Origin: the human T2T-CHM13v2.0 reference genome, Homo sapiens
Direction: 5' to 3' (one strand)
Assembly: GCF_009914755.1 (NCBI RefSeq)
Contig: NC_060937.1
Length of the DNA stretch: 64,000 nt
Shown: positions 60,480-64,000 of the stretch, one piece after another
How the letters are laid out: every line of letters starts with the position of its first letter
Position numbering within the stretch: position 1 is the stretch's first letter
Position numbers and translations under genes: made by a program
The notes under the pieces: generated by a model
Told to the model about the DNA's origin: nothing
The model's input: only the letters and a program-made list of their open reading frames with translations
Databases searched by the model: none

Positions 60480-62930
60480 AAGTACCCCAAATACATATTA
60501 TATACTGTACATGCAATATCAAAGTTCACAAACTATATATTATATACTGTACATAAAATATCAAAGCACCCAAGGTATATATTCTATACTGTACAAAAAA
60601 TATAAAAGTACCCAAAACATGTATTATATACTGTACATAAAATATGAAAGTACATCAAATATATATTTTATTCTGTACATAAAATATCAAAGTACACCAA
60701 ATATATATTCTATAGTGTACATAAAATATCAAAGTACCCAAACTATACATTATACACTGTACATAAAATATGAAATTACATCAAATATATATTATAATAG
60801 GTACATAAAATATGAAAGTACATCAAATATAAATTATGTACTGTACATAAAATACCAAAGAACCCCAAATATATATTATATACTGTACATGAAATATCAA
60901 AGTTCACAAACTATATATTATATACTGTATATAAAATATCAAAGTACCCAAGGTATATATTCTATACTGTACAAAAAATATCAAAGTACCCAAAGCATGT
61001 ATTATATACTGTTCATAAAATATGAAAGTACATCAAATATATATTTTATTCTGTACATAAAATATCAAAGTACACCAAATATATATTCTATAGTGTACAT
61101 TAAATATCAAAGTACCCAAACTATACATTGTATACTGTACATAAAATATGAAATTACATCAAATATATATTATATTAGGTACATAAAGTATGAAAGTACA
61201 TCAAATATAGATTATATACTGTACATAAAATACCAAAGTACCCCAAATACATATTATATACTGTACATGAAATATCAAAGTTCACAAACTATATATTATA
61301 TACTGTACATAAAATATCAAAGTACCGAAGGTATATATTCTATACTGTACAAAAAATATCAAAGTACCCAAAGCATGTATTATATACTGTACATAAAATA
61401 TGAAAGTACATCAAATATATATTTTATTCTGTACATAAAATATCAAAGTACACCAAATATATATTCTATAGTGTACATAAAATATCAAAGTACCCAAACT
61501 ATACATTATATACTGTACATAAAATATGAAATTACATCAAATATATATTATATTAGGTACATAAAATATGAAAGTACATCAAATATATATTATATACTCT
61601 ACATAAAATACCAAAGTACCCCAAATACATATTATATACTGTACATGCAATATCAAAGTTCACACACTATATATTATATACTGTACATAAAATATCAAAG
61701 TACCGAAGCTATATATTCTATACTGTACAAAAAATATCAAAGTACCCAAAGCATGTATTATATACTGTACATAAAATATGAAAGTACATCAAATATATAT
61801 TTAATTCTGTACATAAAATATCAAAGTACACCAAATATATATTCTATAGTGTACATAAAATATCAAAGTACCCAAACTATACATTATATACTGTACATAA
61901 AATATGAAATTACATCAAATATATATTACATTAGGTACATAAAATATGAAAGTACATCAAATATAGATTATATACTGTACATAAAATACCAAAGTAACCC
62001 AAATACATATTATATACTGTACATGCAATATCAAAGTTCACAAACTATATATTATATACTGTACATAAAATATCAAAGCACCCAAGGTATATATTCTATA
62101 CTGTACAAAAAATATAAAAGTACCCAAAACATGTATTATATACTGTACATAAAATATGAAAGTACATCAAATATATATTTTATTCTGTACATAAAATATC
62201 AAAGTACACCAAATATATATTCTATAGAGTACATAAAATATCAAAGTACCCAAACTATACATTATATACTGTACATAAAATATGAAATTACATCAAATAT
62301 ATATTATAATAGGTACATAAAATATGAAAGTACATCAAATATAAATTATGTACTGTACATAAAATACCAAAGAACCCCAAATATATATTATATACTGTAC
62401 ATGAAATATCAAAGTTCACAAACTATATATTATATACTGTATATAAAATATCAAAGTACCCAAGGTATATATTCTATACTGTACAAAAAATATCAAAGTA
62501 CCCAAAGCATGTATTATATACTGTTCATAAAATATGAAAGTACATCAAATATATATTTTATTCTGTACATAAAATATCAAAGTACACCAAATATATATTC
62601 TATAGTGTACATTAAATATCAAAGTACCCAAACTATACATTGTATACTGTACATAAAATATGAAATTACATCAAATATATATTATATTAGGTACATAAAG
62701 AATGAAAGTACATCAAATATAGATTATATACTGTACATAAAATACCAAAGTACCCCAAATACATATTATATACTGTACATGAAATATCAAAGTTCACAAA
62801 CTATATATTATATACTGTACATAAAATATCAAAGTACCGAAGGTATATATTCTATACTGTACAAAAAATATCAAAGTACCCAAAGCATGTATTATATACT
62901 GTACATAAAATATGAAAGTACATCAAATAT
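60480..62930 (+). repeat. Tandem duplication with 1512-bp (4 x 378) period
   Basis: tcaaagcacc at 60561 and 62073; tataaaagtacccaaaacat, aattatgtactg and cattgtatac repeat at +1512. Confidence 0.82.
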
Positions 62931-64000
62931 ATATTTTATTTTGTACATAAAATATCAGTATACCAAATATATATTCTATAGTGTACTTAAAATATCAAAG
63001 TACCCAAACTGTACACTACATACTGTACATAAAATATGAAATTACATCAAATATATATTATATTAGGTACATAAAATATGAAAGTACATCAACTATAATT
63101 TATATACTGTACATAAAATACCAAAGTACCCCAAATATATATTATATACTGTACATAAAATATCAAAGTACCGAAAGTATATAGTCTATACTCTACAAAA
63201 AATATCAAAGTACCCAAAGCATGTATTATATACTGTACATAAATTATGAAAGTACATCAAATATATATTTTATTCTGTACATAAAATATCAAAGTACACC
63301 AAATATATACTCTATAGTGTACATAAAATATCAAAGTACCCAAACTATACATTATATACTGTACATAAAATATGAAATTACATCAAATATATATTATAAT
63401 AGGTACATAAAATATGAAAGTACATCAAATATAAATTATATACTGTACATAAAATACCAAAGAACCCCAAATATATATTATATACTGTACATGAAATATC
63501 AAAGTTCACAAACTATATATTATATACTGTATATAAAATATCAAAGTACCCAAGGTATATATTCTATACTGTACAAAAAATATCAAAGTACCCAAAGCAT
63601 GTATTATATACTGTTCATAAAATATGAAAGTACATCAAATATATATTTTATTCTGTACATAAAATATCAAAGTACGCCAAATATATATTCTATAGTGTAC
63701 ATTAAATATCAAAGTATCCAAACTATACATTATATACTGTACATAATATATGAAATTACATCAAATATATATTATATTAGGTACATAAAATATGAAAGTA
63801 CATCAAATATAGATTATATACTCTACATAAAATACCAAAGTACCCCAAATACATATTATATACTGTACATGAAATATCAAAGTTCACAAACTATATATTA
63901 TATACTGTACATAAAATATCAAAGTACCAAAAGTATATATTCTATACTGTACAAAAAATATCAAAGTACCCAAAGCATGTATTATATACTGTACATAAAA

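Larger units (their letters stand above)
1..64000. repeat. HSat1A (SAR / satellite I) 42-bp AT-rich tandem satellite array
   Basis: Uninterrupted 42-bp periodicity (14-aa repeat in all long ORFs), typically two GTAC (RsaI) sites per monomer, roughly 3/4 A+T, and a 9-monomer 378-bp HOR. These are the established properties of HSat1A. No non-satellite sequence seen. Confidence 0.93.
44651..64000 (+). repeat. Right arm of array, A-rich strand on top, near-canonical 378-bp 9-mer HOR
   Basis: Motifs read attatatactgtacataaaatatcaaagtac on +; regular m1-m9 order with very few indels (stop-free frames up to 3.67 kb); m4 carries gtacaccaaatata (PN variant). Confidence 0.95.

Noticed and set aside
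44680-63184. Long plus-strand ORFs (up to 1222 aa) as protein-coding genes
   Set aside because: Pure translation of the 42-bp satellite; no domain, no unique N- or C-terminus, and ends are set by random point mutations or 1-bp indels.
1-64000. CRISPR-like array (conserved segment alternating with variable segment)
   Set aside because: The variable parts recur every 9 or 14 monomers rather than being unique spacers; no cas genes or leader.
1-64000. Alpha satellite, HSat2/3, CENP-B boxes, or embedded Alu/L1 insertions
   Set aside because: No 171-bp period, no CATTC repeats, no GC-rich or poly(A)-tailed interruption seen.
1-64000. TATA-box-like and splice-acceptor-like motifs (tataaaa, ttttttttacag)
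   Set aside because: Expected by chance in very AT-rich repeats; no supporting gene context.
1-64000. Assignment to a specific chromosome or species
   Set aside because: HSat1A arrays occur at several human loci (chr3, chr4, acrocentrics) and related sequence occurs in apes; there is no unique flank here, so alignment is required.

Overview
The whole 64 kb window is one very AT-rich tandem satellite built from a 42-bp monomer (A-rich strand e.g. AAATATCAAAGTACCCAAACTATACATTATATACTGTACATA) organised in a 9-monomer, 378-bp higher-order repeat (HOR). This matches human/great-ape satellite HSat1A (SAR, classical satellite I). I see no genes, RNA genes, transposons or CRISPR arrays. All ORFs in the track arise because 42 bp = 14 codons and one frame of the consensus has no stop. 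The informative structure is internal to the array. (1) A sharp strand inversion at 44651-44654 is joined through a shared palindromic GTAC and separates two distinct sequence subfamilies. (2) A ~30 kb domain (~1.6-31.9 kb) carries derived 14-mer (588 bp), 23-mer (966 bp) and 5-mer (210 bp) HORs, nested inside a domain with a 373-bp HOR variant (5-bp deletion). (3) There are many kb-scale, in-register duplications (offsets 2352, 2435/1847, 966, 4332, 1502, 3401/6803, 2646 and 1512 bp). (4) Motifs are strand-specific: about 6 Pumilio elements (TGTACATA) per 378 bp on the A-rich strand and one TGTA...AATAAA poly(A)-like signal per HOR on the T-rich strand, which is a testable but speculative RNA-level hypothesis. 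Strand convention: '+' means the A-rich strand is on top. Monomer labels follow the conceptual translation: m1=QGIYS, m2=QSMYY, m3=ESTSNIYF, m4=P(N/D)IYSIV, m5=QTIHY, m6=EITSNIYYIR, m7=ESTSNIDY, m8=PNIYYILYM, m9=SSQTIYY. Domain and duplication edges were placed by eye and are approximate.
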